Below, one piece after another: positions 28,401 through 38,889 of a stretch of DNA of 59,517 bases (position 1 is its first letter; each line of letters starts with the position of its first letter). A model generated the notes under the pieces. That model searched no databases. It was not told where the DNA came from and saw only the letters and a list, made by a program, of their open reading frames with translations. This stretch comes from an uncultured Gemmatimonadota bacterium (GTDB lineage: Bacteria > Blakebacterota > Blakebacteria > Blakebacterales > Blakebacteraceae): NCBI GenBank assembly GCA_964576115.1, contig CAZNUA010000021.1, forward strand, positions 1-59,517, in the 5' to 3' direction. The position numbers and the translations under genes were made by a program.

Positions 28401-30479
28401 ATGCGGCGCTACCGGATCCTCTCCGCCCTGCTGGCTGTTGCCCTGCTTGCCCCCGTCGCTCTGGCCCAGAACCAGATCGAGAACATGCCCGGCTACGAGC
28501 GCTACAACTGGATGAGGCAGAACTCGCGCAGCCTCGTCTCCGGCGGTACGGTTGATAATGTGATCTGGTCGGAGGACGGCCGGGCGCTCTTCTTCACCCG
28601 CGGAGAGGAAACCATGCGGGTGGACCTGCGCTCCCTCGAGATGAGAACCGCCACGCCCGATGAAATCCCGACCGTTGAGCGACCCGAGCGAGGCCGGCGC
28701 CGCAGTGCCGGACGAGCCCGGCAGCTGACTGACGCTCCCTCCCCCGACGGGGTCTGGACCGCCCACTACCGCGATTTCAACGTCGTCCTGGTGAACAACG
28801 AGACCGAAGAGGAAGTTCCGGTCACGACCACCGGTTTCGAGCGCTTCCGCTACGGCACCGCCTGCTGGGTGTACGGTGAGGAACTGAGTCAGAGCGATGC
28901 CATGTGGTGGTCCCCCGATTCGAAAAAACTGGCCTTTTACGAGATCGACGAACGGCACTGCAAGGTCTTTTATCTGGCCGAGTCGCTGATCGAGACCTAT
29001 CCCACCCTGAACACCGAAAAGTACCCCAAGGCCGGCGAGGACAACCCGATCGCCGGTATCCTGATTTACGACATGGCCGATGGCACCCTGACCCGGGTGC
29101 AGGTCGGCGGCGATCCCGAACAGTATGTGTACGGTGTCTCCTGGTCACCCGACGGCAGCGAGCTGATCTACCACCGGACCAACCGTCACCAGAGCGTGCT
29201 CGAGATGATGGCCGCCGATCCCTCTGACGGCAACGTGCGCCTGATCGTGCGCGAGGAACAGGCGACCTGGCAGGACAACCATCCCACCATGAGATTTCTC
29301 GAAGACGGTCAGCACTTCATCTGGGAAACCGAGCGCAACGGCTGGCGTAACTATGAACTGCGCCATCTCGACGGCCGGCTCATCAATCAACTGACCGCCG
29401 CCGACGGCTATCCCTGTTCAGGAATCGCCAAAGTGGACGAAGAGGCGGGACTCTTCTTCTATTCGGCCCGCAGTACCGATCACCCCTACTGCGACCAGCT
29501 CCACCGGGTGCGCCTGAACGGCCGCAGCGACACCCGCTTGACAACTCGCGACATGTACTACAGCGGTTTCAACATCTCCCCCGACAACAGTTTCTTCGTC
29601 GCCACCTTCCAGGCCGCCGAGATCCCGCCGGCCACCGCCCTGTACAATGACAAGGGCGAAGAGGTCCTGCTCCTGGCCGAGAGCGACATGACGGCTTTCG
29701 AGGAAGCAGGGTGCGTCCTGCCCGAGGTCTACACCTTCACCGCCGAAACCGGTGAAACCCTCTACGGCATCCTGCACAAACCTTCCCACTTCGACCCCAA
29801 CCGCTCTTACCCGGTCATCGCCAGTATCTACGGCGGCCCCGGGTCGAACGGGTTCAGCAACCGGTTCGGGGGAGTAGATGCACTCTGTGAATTCGGCTTC
29901 ATCACAACCAGCATCGATTACCGCGGCGCCTCGGGACGGGGCAAGGAATTCCTCGGCCTGGGGTACATGAAGCTCGGCATCAACGAGATCAAGGATCACG
30001 CTGACGCCATCACCTGGCTGGCGGAGAACAAACCGTACGTCGACGGCGACCGGGTCGGGATCTACGGCCACTCCTACGGCGGCTACATGACTGCCTTGGC
30101 CCTGTGCAAGTATCCCGAGGTCTTCCATGTCGGCGTTTCCGGCGCCCCGGTGACCGACTGGAAGAACTACGACACCATCTACACCGAGCGCTACATGCGC
30201 ACCCCGCAGGAGAATCCCGACGGCTACCACGACGGCTCCTGTCTGACCTGGGCCCACCAGTTGACCGGTCACCTGCTGATCGTGCACGGGTTGATCGACG
30301 ACAACGTGCATCCACAGAACAGCTTCATGCTGGTCGAGGAGTTCCATAAGAACAACATTCCCTTCGATATCCAGATCTTCCCGACCAGCACGCACGGGAT
30401 AAGGTACAGCAGCTATTACTCCAACCTGCGGATGGAGTACTTCATCACTCACCTGAACCCCGAGCCGATCTTGCCGTAA
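28401..30479 (+). CDS. S9B dipeptidyl peptidase IV
   Basis: Signal peptide, WVYGEE, WWSPDS, YPKAG, YGGPG, GHSYGG, DDNVH. Confidence 0.95.
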   Translation: MRRYRILSALLAVALLAPVALAQNQIENMPGYERYNWMRQNSRSLVSGGTVDNVIWSEDGRALFFTRGEETMRVDLRSLEMRTATPDEIPTVERPERGRRRSAGRARQLTDAPSPDGVWTAHYRDFNVVLVNNETEEEVPVTTTGFERFRYGTACWVYGEELSQSDAMWWSPDSKKLAFYEIDERHCKVFYLAESLIETYPTLNTEKYPKAGEDNPIAGILIYDMADGTLTRVQVGGDPEQYVYGVSWSPDGSELIYHRTNRHQSVLEMMAADPSDGNVRLIVREEQATWQDNHPTMRFLEDGQHFIWETERNGWRNYELRHLDGRLINQLTAADGYPCSGIAKVDEEAGLFFYSARSTDHPYCDQLHRVRLNGRSDTRLTTRDMYYSGFNISPDNSFFVATFQAAEIPPATALYNDKGEEVLLLAESDMTAFEEAGCVLPEVYTFTAETGETLYGILHKPSHFDPNRSYPVIASIYGGPGSNGFSNRFGGVDALCEFGFITTSIDYRGASGRGKEFLGLGYMKLGINEIKDHADAITWLAENKPYVDGDRVGIYGHSYGGYMTALALCKYPEVFHVGVSGAPVTDWKNYDTIYTERYMRTPQENPDGYHDGSCLTWAHQLTGHLLIVHGLIDDNVHPQNSFMLVEEFHKNNIPFDIQIFPTSTHGIRYSSYYSNLRMEYFITHLNPEPILP

Positions 30480-30536
30480 CAGGGGGAAGAGTCGTGTCGA
30501 CTATCCGGGAGCAGGCCGCTATTCGGGAGTAAGCCG

Positions 30537-30875
30537 ATGGGAATGGTGAGAACCGATCTGCTGCAGGGCACGCTTGACATGCTCATTCTCAAGACCGTGG
30601 CCCTGGAGCCCATGCACGGCTGGGGTATCTCTCAGCGCATCCAGCAGATCTCGCGGGACGTCCTGCAGATCACGCAGGGTTCGCTCTACCCCGCCCTGCA
30701 CCGGCTCGAACATCAGGGCCTGATCGCAGCTGAATGGGGCACCTCTGAAAAGAACCGCCGCGCCAAGTACTACCGTCTGACCCGGGCCGGAGCCCGACAG
30801 CTCGACGCCGAAACCGAAAGCTGGGACCGTCTGACGGGCGCCGTCGGCCGGGTACTGAAAGAAGCCGGAACGTGA
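30537..30875 (+). CDS. PadR-family transcriptional regulator (acidobacterial type)
   Basis: DLLQGTLDMLILK, HGWGISQRIQQIS, QGSLYPALHRLE, NRRAKYYRLT. Confidence 0.96.
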   Translation: MGMVRTDLLQGTLDMLILKTVALEPMHGWGISQRIQQISRDVLQITQGSLYPALHRLEHQGLIAAEWGTSEKNRRAKYYRLTRAGARQLDAETESWDRLTGAVGRVLKEAGT

Positions 30876-30912
30876 GGGCTTCATTCCCAAACCGCAAACC
30901 AAGGAGGCAGGC

Positions 30913-31437
30913 ATGAACTGCCCGGCCTGCGGGAACGAACTCACCACCCTCGAGGTCAAGGGGATCACCGTGGAGGCCTGTGTGGGAGGCTGCGGCGGTC
31001 TCTGGTTCGATCAGCTCGAACTGCGCAAGTTCGACTCGCCCCTGGAAGGGGGTGAAGAACTGCTCGAGATCGAACGCGATCCGGCGGTCGAGGTTGACCG
31101 TACTCGACGCCTCGAGTGCCCGAAGTGCAGCGGGATCGTCATGATGCGCCATTATTTCAGTCCCCTGCGCCAGGCCGAAGTAGACGAGTGCCCGGCCTGT
31201 GCCGGTTTCTGGCTCGACCCCGGCGAACTGGCCCTGATCAGGAGCCAGTACGAAACCGACCGGGAACGCGAAAAGGCCGCCGAGGAGTATTTTGACGATC
31301 TTTTCGACGACGACCTGGATCGGATGCACGACGAGACCGAGGAGAAACTTGCCCAGGCTCGCCGCTTCGCGCACGCCCTGAGGTTCATCTGCCCCAGCTA
31401 CTACATCCCCGGCAAGCAGAAGTGGGGGGCGTTCTGA
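30913..31437 (+). CDS. double zf-TFIIB zinc-ribbon protein
   Basis: CPAC..CVGGCGGLWFD and CPKC..CPACAGFWLDPGEL; AGGAGG RBS. Confidence 0.88.
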   Translation: MNCPACGNELTTLEVKGITVEACVGGCGGLWFDQLELRKFDSPLEGGEELLEIERDPAVEVDRTRRLECPKCSGIVMMRHYFSPLRQAEVDECPACAGFWLDPGELALIRSQYETDREREKAAEEYFDDLFDDDLDRMHDETEEKLAQARRFAHALRFICPSYYIPGKQKWGAF

Positions 31438-31438
31438 T

Positions 31439-32590
31439 GTGAGCGCGGACATCTACCGCCGGCTGGCTTCGCATCTCGACAATCTGCCCGGCGGCTTTCC
31501 CCCCACCGAAAGCGGGGTCGAGCTTCGTATCCTCGAGCGGCTCTTTACCCCCGAAGAAGCCGAACTCGCTCTGCACCTGCAGCTGGTGCCCGAACCGGCT
31601 CGTGTCATCGCCCGCCGGGCCGGACTCGACCCCGAAGACACCGCCCGCCGCCTGCTCGAGATGTCCCGCAAGGGGCTGATCTACCGCCGCTACCGCAAGG
31701 GCGAGCCGCACTACCTGGCCCTGCAGTATGTCATCGGCATCTGGGAATTCCACGTCAACGATCTGGACGTCGAACTGATCCGCGACATGAACGAATACCT
31801 CGAGCAACTCTTCGAACCAGACCTCTGGCGCCGGGCCCCGCAGTTACGGACCATCCCGATCAGTGAGGATATCGAGGTCGAACACGGCGTCCTGCCCCAC
31901 GAGAACGCCGCCGAACTGATCCGCTCGAAAAAGCGGATAGCGGTCGCCCCCTGCATCTGCCGCCGGGAGCGACGCATGATCGGCGAAGGCTGTGACAATC
32001 CCGAAGAGGCTTGTCTGGTCTTCAACTCCGCCGCCGATTACTACGTCGAAAACGAGATCGGCCGCTACATCACGCTCGACGAAGCGCTCGATCTCCTGAA
32101 GGTGGCCGAGGAGAACGCCCTGGTACTGCAACCCGGTAACGCCGTGCGGGCAGCCAATATCTGTCTCTGCTGCTCCTGCTGCTGTCAGGTTCTGAAGTTC
32201 ATGCAGAGGCACCCCGAGCCCGCCACCCTGGCCGCCTCGGCTTTCCGGGCCCGCCTCGATCCCGAACTGTGTACCGCCTGCGGAGTATGCGTGGAGCGCT
32301 GTCCGATGGATGCCCTGACCCTGCCAGAGGGAGCCGAGGCCGTCGAACTCGACCTGACGCGCTGTATCGGCTGCGGCAACTGCGTCACCCGCTGCCCGCC
32401 CGAAGCGATCGTCCTGGAACGCAAACCGGAAGCCGATCAACCCGAAGTCCCCGCCACCGAAATGCGCAAGCACCTGGCCGTGGCTCGCGCCCGTGGCAAG
32501 CTCGGTACAACCGAGATCGCCGCCACCGCCCTGCGCTCGGGCCGTGACCGGCTGCTGAGCCGCAAAGCCCGCCCCGATTCAGGCTCCTGA
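31439..32590 (+). CDS. 4Fe-4S dicluster protein with N-terminal wHTH-like region
   Basis: LFTPEEAELA, CICR, ICLCCSCCC, CTACGVCVERCP, CIGCGNCVTRCP. Confidence 0.9.
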   Translation: MSADIYRRLASHLDNLPGGFPPTESGVELRILERLFTPEEAELALHLQLVPEPARVIARRAGLDPEDTARRLLEMSRKGLIYRRYRKGEPHYLALQYVIGIWEFHVNDLDVELIRDMNEYLEQLFEPDLWRRAPQLRTIPISEDIEVEHGVLPHENAAELIRSKKRIAVAPCICRRERRMIGEGCDNPEEACLVFNSAADYYVENEIGRYITLDEALDLLKVAEENALVLQPGNAVRAANICLCCSCCCQVLKFMQRHPEPATLAASAFRARLDPELCTACGVCVERCPMDALTLPEGAEAVELDLTRCIGCGNCVTRCPPEAIVLERKPEADQPEVPATEMRKHLAVARARGKLGTTEIAATALRSGRDRLLSRKARPDSGS

Positions 32591-32620
32591 TCCCGCCTTC
32601 CTCAGCAGAACGGTCTCAAC

Positions 32621-33826
32621 TCACGGCCAGATGACCTCGTATCGGATGGCGGTATTGGTCTCCGAGGCTTCGAGCATCCAGAGATCGCCGGCGGGATCGA
32701 ATTCGATGTCACTTATCCGGCCGTCGAGCGGCAGGGCGCCCAGCAGTTCGCCCTCGGGACTGAACACCTCGAGCCGCAGCATTCCCTCCCACTCTTCATT
32801 CTCCTCGGCCGCCTCGGTCGCCTCCTGATCGAGAATCCGTGTGATCACCCACAGCCGTCCTTCGGGATCACAGGCGGCGTCTATGGTGATCTCGTCGGCA
32901 TCCTGTTCGAGACTGATATACACCGAGCTGCCGTCCGGGCTGGCGTTGCGCTTCATTTCGATCGAGGGATCCTTCGGCCGGAAGGCGGTCTCGCGGGTAA
33001 CGATCTGAACCAGTTCCCCGGTGTAGTAGTCGAATATCTCGATTTCGGGACGGTAATCGTAGGCCACCGCCACCCGACCGTCGGGCAGGTACGCCAGCGA
33101 GGCACGGTTGAGCAGGTTGGCAACGTGGGTGTCCTCGTGTTCGATCCGTTCGCCGAAGGAGCGCACGACCTCACCGTCATCGTTGAGGATCTCGACCAGG
33201 GGAGGCATCTCGGGCATCCCACCCGAAGCGCCCTCGCCAACCGAATACGTCATCATCACAACCCCGCCCCCACCCCGTCCGGCCCGAAGATATTCACCCT
33301 CGATGGTGGGCACGTTGGCCGGACCGATGACGACCATGCCCCCGTCTTCACCCTGTCCCTCACTGCGCAGGAATTCACCGTCCAGACCGAAGTAGGAAGT
33401 CCGCTGGTTCTGCGGGTCGGGAACGATCAGTTCACCGGCCCACGAGATGTAGGCTCCGGCCGGAATCTGGATCTCACCGGGGCCCGCACCCTTGCTGCCG
33501 ATCCGCCGCAGGAAAGCACCGTCGCGCCCGTAGACCATGACACAGCCGTTGCCCCAGTCGGGGATGTAGAGGTTCCCCTCGGTATCGAAGAACATGCCGT
33601 TGGGGCGGAAGAGCATGGCTTCCTCGGATCCCTCGGCCCCGGCGACGGCGGCCTGTTCGAGCTGGGGCCCGCGCCTCATCCGGGGGCGAAAGCGGTTTTC
33701 GACGGTCGGGACGTCCTGGGCACTCACTCCGGCTGCCCCGATCATGGTCAGGCTGAGAAAGAAAAAGAGAAAGAAGCCGGCGGTACGGGCGGAACGGTTG
33801 AATTCCGATCTGCAGTCGCGATTCAT
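32621..33826 (-). CDS. exported NHL/6-bladed beta-propeller protein
   Basis: Signal peptide; GNLYIPDWGN, IGSKGAGPGE, DPEGRLWV, VFSPEGELL. Confidence 0.85.
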   Translation of the reverse strand: MNRDCRSEFNRSARTAGFFLFFFLSLTMIGAAGVSAQDVPTVENRFRPRMRRGPQLEQAAVAGAEGSEEAMLFRPNGMFFDTEGNLYIPDWGNGCVMVYGRDGAFLRRIGSKGAGPGEIQIPAGAYISWAGELIVPDPQNQRTSYFGLDGEFLRSEGQGEDGGMVVIGPANVPTIEGEYLRAGRGGGGVVMMTYSVGEGASGGMPEMPPLVEILNDDGEVVRSFGERIEHEDTHVANLLNRASLAYLPDGRVAVAYDYRPEIEIFDYYTGELVQIVTRETAFRPKDPSIEMKRNASPDGSSVYISLEQDADEITIDAACDPEGRLWVITRILDQEATEAAEENEEWEGMLRLEVFSPEGELLGALPLDGRISDIEFDPAGDLWMLEASETNTAIRYEVIWP

Positions 33827-34030
33827 CCTGTGAACTCCTCGTGATTTTTCTCACCGGGTGTTTCCGGTCGTTGCTGATTAAACTGGTGCTGTCTTGTGGG
33901 ACTTGAACGAGGCAGGGGTTAGATGGTTGAGATATCCCGTAAAAAAACTCACCCGTCACTGCGGGCCGTGACCGGACAGACCCTCATCGGGGGGATCTAT
34001 GCCAATCCGATCCTGTTATTTTTGCAACAC

Positions 34031-34070
34031 TTGACAGAGGAAAGCGTATTATACATAGAACATCTAGGTA
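34031..34070 (+). promoter_or_regulatory. -35 box and 19-bp palindromic operator
   Basis: TTGACA at 34031-34036; TACATAGA-ACA-TCTAGGTA at 34052-34070 (7 of 8 pairs) overlapping the expected -10 region. Confidence 0.7.
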
Positions 34071-34128
34071 GGTTCCATCCGGAAGATCAGGATGGGCACG
34101 AATGTGGTTCCCGTCACTGGAGATGACC

Positions 34129-36777
34129 ATGCTCGACCGCTGGATCCGCCTGAAATCCCTCCTGAGCCGCCGTCACCTCGAAAGCGAGGTGGACTCCGAA
34201 CTCGAGCACCACATCGAGATGCTGGCCCGCCGTTACCGCGATACGGGCTATGAGCCCGACGAGGCGGTGCGCCAGGCCCTGCAGCGTTTCGGCGACCGCG
34301 AACGTATCCGGGATCAGGCCCTGCATATCGAAGGCGATCGGCGCCGTTCCCGGCGCCGAACCCTCTTTGTCGGAAGCCTGGGACACGATCTGCGTTTCGC
34401 TCTACGCACCTTCCGGCGCAATCCCGTCTTCACCCTGGCGGCGGTTATGAGCCTGGCGATCGGGATCGGAGCCAATACCGCCGTGCTGGTATTCGTGCAT
34501 GAGTTCCTGTTCGATCCCCTCCCCTTCGAAGACGCCTCCCGGATCGTCTCGATCAATTGCAGCGCTCCAACCCTGGGCATCGAGAACCATCACATGACCT
34601 TCGCCGAGCTGGAGTACTTCCGGACCCATGCCCGGACCCTTGAAACGGTCGCAGCCAACGAACTGACCGACGTGACCATCACCGGCGGCGAGGAACCCGA
34701 GCGGATTTTCGCCCTGCGCACTTCGACCAATTTCTTCGATATTTTCGGCGTCCCCCCCCTGTACGGCCGTACCTTCATCGAAGAGGATGGCCTGGCGGGT
34801 GCGTCCGGAACGGTCGTGCTCGGATACAACATCTGGCAGCGTCTCTTCGGCGGCGATCTCGATCTGCTGGGGCATACCGTCCGCCTCAACGAAGAGAGCT
34901 TCACCGTGATCGGGATCATGCCTCCCGATGTGACCATCCCCTACCGGACCCAGATCTGGATGCCCTTCCGGGAAGACCGACTGCAGGAAGTCATTCTCGT
35001 ACGGCTCCGCTTTAACGGTCGTATAGCCGCGGGAGCCTCGGTCACTAGCGTGCGGGATGAGCTCGACGCCCTCTTCGTCCAGCTGGGCGAACTGTACCCC
35101 GAGGAGAGCACCGAGAAACGGGCCACAGTCACAACGCTACGGGCCGGCACCCTGCAGAGCATGCAGGAGTCGGTCCTGATCTTCTACGCCGTCGTCTCGC
35201 TCCTGCTGCTTCTGGTCTGCGCCAATGTAGCCAACCTCCTGCTGGCCCGCGGCTCGGCCCGCGAGCGCGAGCTCGCCGTGCGCTCCAGCCTGGGTGCGGG
35301 GCGGGGGCGGATCGTGCGCCAGCTCTTCACCGAAAGTCTGTTGCTCGCCCTGACCGGAGGCGCAATCGGCCTGCTGCTGGGCTCGTGGGGCCGCGATCTC
35401 TACCTGGCCGGCACCAACATGGTACTACCGAGTTATCTCGATTTCTCGATCGACCTGGGCTTCATCGCCCTCCAGCTGGCCATCACCCTGGCCGCCACCC
35501 TTCTCTTCGGTCTGGTGCCCGCCCTGGTCACCACCCGTTCCAGCCTGGGAGGGATCCTGAACCGCAGCTCGACCCGGGCCGGGACCGATCGCAGCCGCAG
35601 CTGGCATCAGAGTCTGCTGGTCGGCCTCGAGATCGGCCTGGCGACCATGGTCCTGATCGCCGGAGGACTCATGCTCAAGAGCTTCATCGGCATCCAGGGA
35701 GTCGAGCTGGGCTTCGAACCCGAGAACGTGGTGCACATGGAGATCACGCTCGACAGCCTGCCCGAGATGACACCGCTCGAAAGGATCCGCTATTACGACG
35801 ACCTCATCGCCCGGATCGAAGAGCATCCCCTGGTCGAGAGTGCCGCAGCCGGCAATCCCCTGCCCTACATCTCCTGGGAAAGCTCCTATGAGGCGGAGGG
35901 GGGTTCCGCACCCGAAGACGGGGTGATGCGCACCGCCATGGACGGCACCGTCACCCCGGGCTTCATGGAAACTCTCGGTGTGCCCCTGGTTCTGGGACGG
36001 GATTTCTCCGAACTCGATTACGGTCAGGAGATGAACGTCGTACTCGTCAGCGAGCGGCTGGCCGAGATCAACTGGCCCGGCGAGAACCCGCTCGGCAAGC
36101 GCATCAGGTATGTCAGCTCATCGGGCCGGGAGTATCCCTGGATGGAGGTGATCGGGATCGTGGGCGACACCCGGGCAGGTACCTTCCAGCCCGACGGGGG
36201 CTGGTTCTGGGTCGTGAACGGTCAGGTGGCGGCCTATGAACTCATCGTGGTGGCCCGGGTCCGGGCCGACGCGCAACAGGTCCTGACCGACATGAAGCGG
36301 ATGGTCTGGGATGAGAACCCCGAGCTGGCTCTGGCCTGGTCCGGCCTGCTGGCCGAAACCGTCCAGGATCGATGGTACGACTCACCCCGGCTCTACTCCA
36401 CCCTGTTGAGCCTGTTCTCGATCATGGCCCTGCTCCTGGCTTGCGTCGGAGTCTATGGTGTGATCAGCTACACCGTAACGCGCCGGGGCCGGGAATTCGG
36501 CATCCGGCTCTCGATCGGGGCCCGGCCGGTGGACGTGATTCGCCGGGTGATGCTCGAGGGTGGACGGCTCGTTCTCTTCGGCCTCGCCGGCGGTCTGCTC
36601 GGAGCGATCGTGCTCACCCACCTGGCGGCGAGCATCTTCTTCGGGGTTAACCCGCACGATCCGGTCATCTACGTGCTCTGCACCCTGGTCCTGGCGGTGA
36701 CCGCCCTGCTGGCCACCTGGCTGCCGGCCCGCCGGGCGGCCCGGATCGATCCGGTCGAGGCCCTGCGTACCGAGTAA
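34129..36777 (+). CDS. ADOP-type duplicated ABC permease
   Basis: ELEHHIEM..RFG prefix, LAIGIGANTA, LLLVCANVANLLLAR, REFGIRLSIGA, RIDPVEALRTE; GGAG 6 nt before ATG 34129. Confidence 0.94.
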   Translation: MLDRWIRLKSLLSRRHLESEVDSELEHHIEMLARRYRDTGYEPDEAVRQALQRFGDRERIRDQALHIEGDRRRSRRRTLFVGSLGHDLRFALRTFRRNPVFTLAAVMSLAIGIGANTAVLVFVHEFLFDPLPFEDASRIVSINCSAPTLGIENHHMTFAELEYFRTHARTLETVAANELTDVTITGGEEPERIFALRTSTNFFDIFGVPPLYGRTFIEEDGLAGASGTVVLGYNIWQRLFGGDLDLLGHTVRLNEESFTVIGIMPPDVTIPYRTQIWMPFREDRLQEVILVRLRFNGRIAAGASVTSVRDELDALFVQLGELYPEESTEKRATVTTLRAGTLQSMQESVLIFYAVVSLLLLLVCANVANLLLARGSARERELAVRSSLGAGRGRIVRQLFTESLLLALTGGAIGLLLGSWGRDLYLAGTNMVLPSYLDFSIDLGFIALQLAITLAATLLFGLVPALVTTRSSLGGILNRSSTRAGTDRSRSWHQSLLVGLEIGLATMVLIAGGLMLKSFIGIQGVELGFEPENVVHMEITLDSLPEMTPLERIRYYDDLIARIEEHPLVESAAAGNPLPYISWESSYEAEGGSAPEDGVMRTAMDGTVTPGFMETLGVPLVLGRDFSELDYGQEMNVVLVSERLAEINWPGENPLGKRIRYVSSSGREYPWMEVIGIVGDTRAGTFQPDGGWFWVVNGQVAAYELIVVARVRADAQQVLTDMKRMVWDENPELALAWSGLLAETVQDRWYDSPRLYSTLLSLFSIMALLLACVGVYGVISYTVTRRGREFGIRLSIGARPVDVIRRVMLEGGRLVLFGLAGGLLGAIVLTHLAASIFFGVNPHDPVIYVLCTLVLAVTALLATWLPARRAARIDPVEALRTE

Positions 36778-36875
36778 CCCATTATTGACAGCGCCGGAAC
36801 CGTACCGGAGACGCACCAGTCACGAAACAGTCCTGTTCAAAAAGGTCGGACACGGGGGGGAGGTGCGATGATGTC

Positions 36876-37673
36876 TCAGACGAAGGGGAAGGTGTCGTCC
36901 AGGGGCTCGGTCGCCAGTTCGACGAGGAACTCGCTCAACCGCTCGGCGATCACTTCCATCAGCCGCTCTCCCTTTTCGGCCGTGGCGGCATGCGGGTTTC
37001 CCGCTCCGGCGTTGGCGGTCAGCAGATGCCAGGGACGGGTGATCGAAACCCATCCCTCGGTCAGGGCTCGGATTCGGAAGGGGCGCATCGAGCCGTCGTC
37101 GGCCGGCAGGGTTCCGTCGGGATTGCGGTCCACCAGGTCGGGCCAGTAGGCCAGGGCGAGCGACGTCTCCATTTCCCCTGCATGATCATCGGGCTCATCG
37201 AAGATTTCGCCGTAGACATCATCGACCATCCGATACCAGTCGCAGAGGAACAGGTGCACCCCGGTCGAACCGTAGAGTTCGCGCAGCACCGGCTTGAGGT
37301 CGTTACCGCCATGGGAATTGAGCAGGAGCGCCTTGCGGATACCGCTGGATTCGAGTGACTCGACCAGGTCGGCTATCACCGCTGTGAGGGTCGAGGGATA
37401 GAGGTTCATCGCAAAAGGGAAGGCACGCAGGTTGGTCTCGGTCCCGTAGGGGATGGTCGGCAACAGCAGCACCCGCGCTCCCCGCTCCCAGGCTTCGGCG
37501 CAGATCCGCTCGCCGATCAGATCGGCCTCGAAGGCGTCCATGCCGTACGGCAGGTGCAGGTTGTGCGGTTCGGTCGCCCCGAAAGGCAGGACCGCCGCCT
37601 GCCAGTCGACTGTCTGCACCCGGCCCCAGGTCGTCGCACTCAGCTTCCACGGTTGGTGTACGTTCTCGCTCAC
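36876..37673 (-). CDS. creatininase-family amidohydrolase
   Basis: GATEPHNLHLPYGMD, NSHGGN, DHAGEMETS, ATAEKG. Confidence 0.92.
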   Translation of the reverse strand: MSENVHQPWKLSATTWGRVQTVDWQAAVLPFGATEPHNLHLPYGMDAFEADLIGERICAEAWERGARVLLLPTIPYGTETNLRAFPFAMNLYPSTLTAVIADLVESLESSGIRKALLLNSHGGNDLKPVLRELYGSTGVHLFLCDWYRMVDDVYGEIFDEPDDHAGEMETSLALAYWPDLVDRNPDGTLPADDGSMRPFRIRALTEGWVSITRPWHLLTANAGAGNPHAATAEKGERLMEVIAERLSEFLVELATEPLDDTFPFV

Positions 37674-38887
37674 CGGCTTCTCACCTCCTCCAGCAGCTGC
37701 CAGCAGTAGAGCTGCATGCGCGGCAGGTGGAAAGGTCCCTTCCAGAGATTGCCCTTCAGGGTCAGGGCTATCTCACCGTCGCGATGCAGGTAACCGAACC
37801 ACTCCCCGAACTCCGGATCGGGGAAATGGGCGTAGGCCCAGTCGTGTACCAGGGCGTGCCGCTCGGCCCAGCGCTCCTCACCGGTCAGATACCAGGCCAG
37901 CAGGGTGGCGATGACGGCTTCGTTGTGCGGCCACCAGAACTTCATGTCGTGCCACGGTTCCTGTACCGGCCGGCCGTCGAGGTCGACCAGGGAGAGAATC
38001 CCTCCATATTCGACATCCCACCCCCGTTCCCACATCCAGTCCAGCATCATCGTGCCCAGGGCGATGAGATCGGGATCATGGCCCCGGATCCGGGCCTGGT
38101 GAAGAACGAACCAGGCCGCCTCGACGGCGTGCCCGGGATTGAGAGTGCGGCCGTCGAAGTGGTCTATGACCTGCCCCCGGGGACCGACCGTTTCCAGAAC
38201 CGCCCCGAGGTTGGTCTTGACGAAATCGCGTTCGATCTCCGCGATCGCCTCGCCGGCGATCCGGTCGGCATCGGGATCGCCCAGAGTCTCACGCAGGACC
38301 TGGGCCAGCCCGAGGGCGATCATCGGTACGCCCAGACTTTTCATGGGACGCGTTCCGATATCGATCTTCGGTTCGGTCCGGCCCGGGGTACGGGTGTCCT
38401 CGAGGTAGATGCGGGTCAGCACCCGGGCCAGGCGGGCGATCTCGTCATCCCAGGCCGCGGCCCCGTATGCGGCCAGAGCCATGGCTCCGAAGGCTTCGGT
38501 GTAGCGGTAACGCCTCCGGCGCAGGGGCCGTCCTTCGCGGGTAACCTGGAAGGCCATCCGGCCATCCTCGCCGATCCCGAAGCGGGTGATGAAATCCGCT
38601 CCGTGTTGGGCCAGACCGAGCCAGTTCTCGTCGCTGCCGACCCGGTTGTGCAGGGTCGCCAGCAGCCAGGTGAAACGACCCTGCTGCCACATCCCCTTGT
38701 CGTCATCGAGCACGCTTCCGTCCCGATCGAGCGCGGTCAGAAAACCACCGCGGTCGATATCGACCCCGTTGCTGAGCCAGAAGGGCAGCGTGTCCTCGAG
38801 CAGGCCGTCGCGGTAGAGGGCAATCAGCGCGTCGATGCGCTCAGGGGTCAGGTGACCGGACGTTTTCGGCTCGGGTTCCGCTGACAT
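37670..38887 (-). CDS. N-acylglucosamine 2-epimerase (AGE family)
   Basis: DKGMWQQGR, NPGHAVEAAWF, KFWWPHNE, EWFGYLHRDG, KGPFHLPR. Confidence 0.93.
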   Translation of the reverse strand: MSAEPEPKTSGHLTPERIDALIALYRDGLLEDTLPFWLSNGVDIDRGGFLTALDRDGSVLDDDKGMWQQGRFTWLLATLHNRVGSDENWLGLAQHGADFITRFGIGEDGRMAFQVTREGRPLRRRRYRYTEAFGAMALAAYGAAAWDDEIARLARVLTRIYLEDTRTPGRTEPKIDIGTRPMKSLGVPMIALGLAQVLRETLGDPDADRIAGEAIAEIERDFVKTNLGAVLETVGPRGQVIDHFDGRTLNPGHAVEAAWFVLHQARIRGHDPDLIALGTMMLDWMWERGWDVEYGGILSLVDLDGRPVQEPWHDMKFWWPHNEAVIATLLAWYLTGEERWAERHALVHDWAYAHFPDPEFGEWFGYLHRDGEIALTLKGNLWKGPFHLPRMQLYCWQLLEEVRSR

Positions 38888-38889
38888 GA

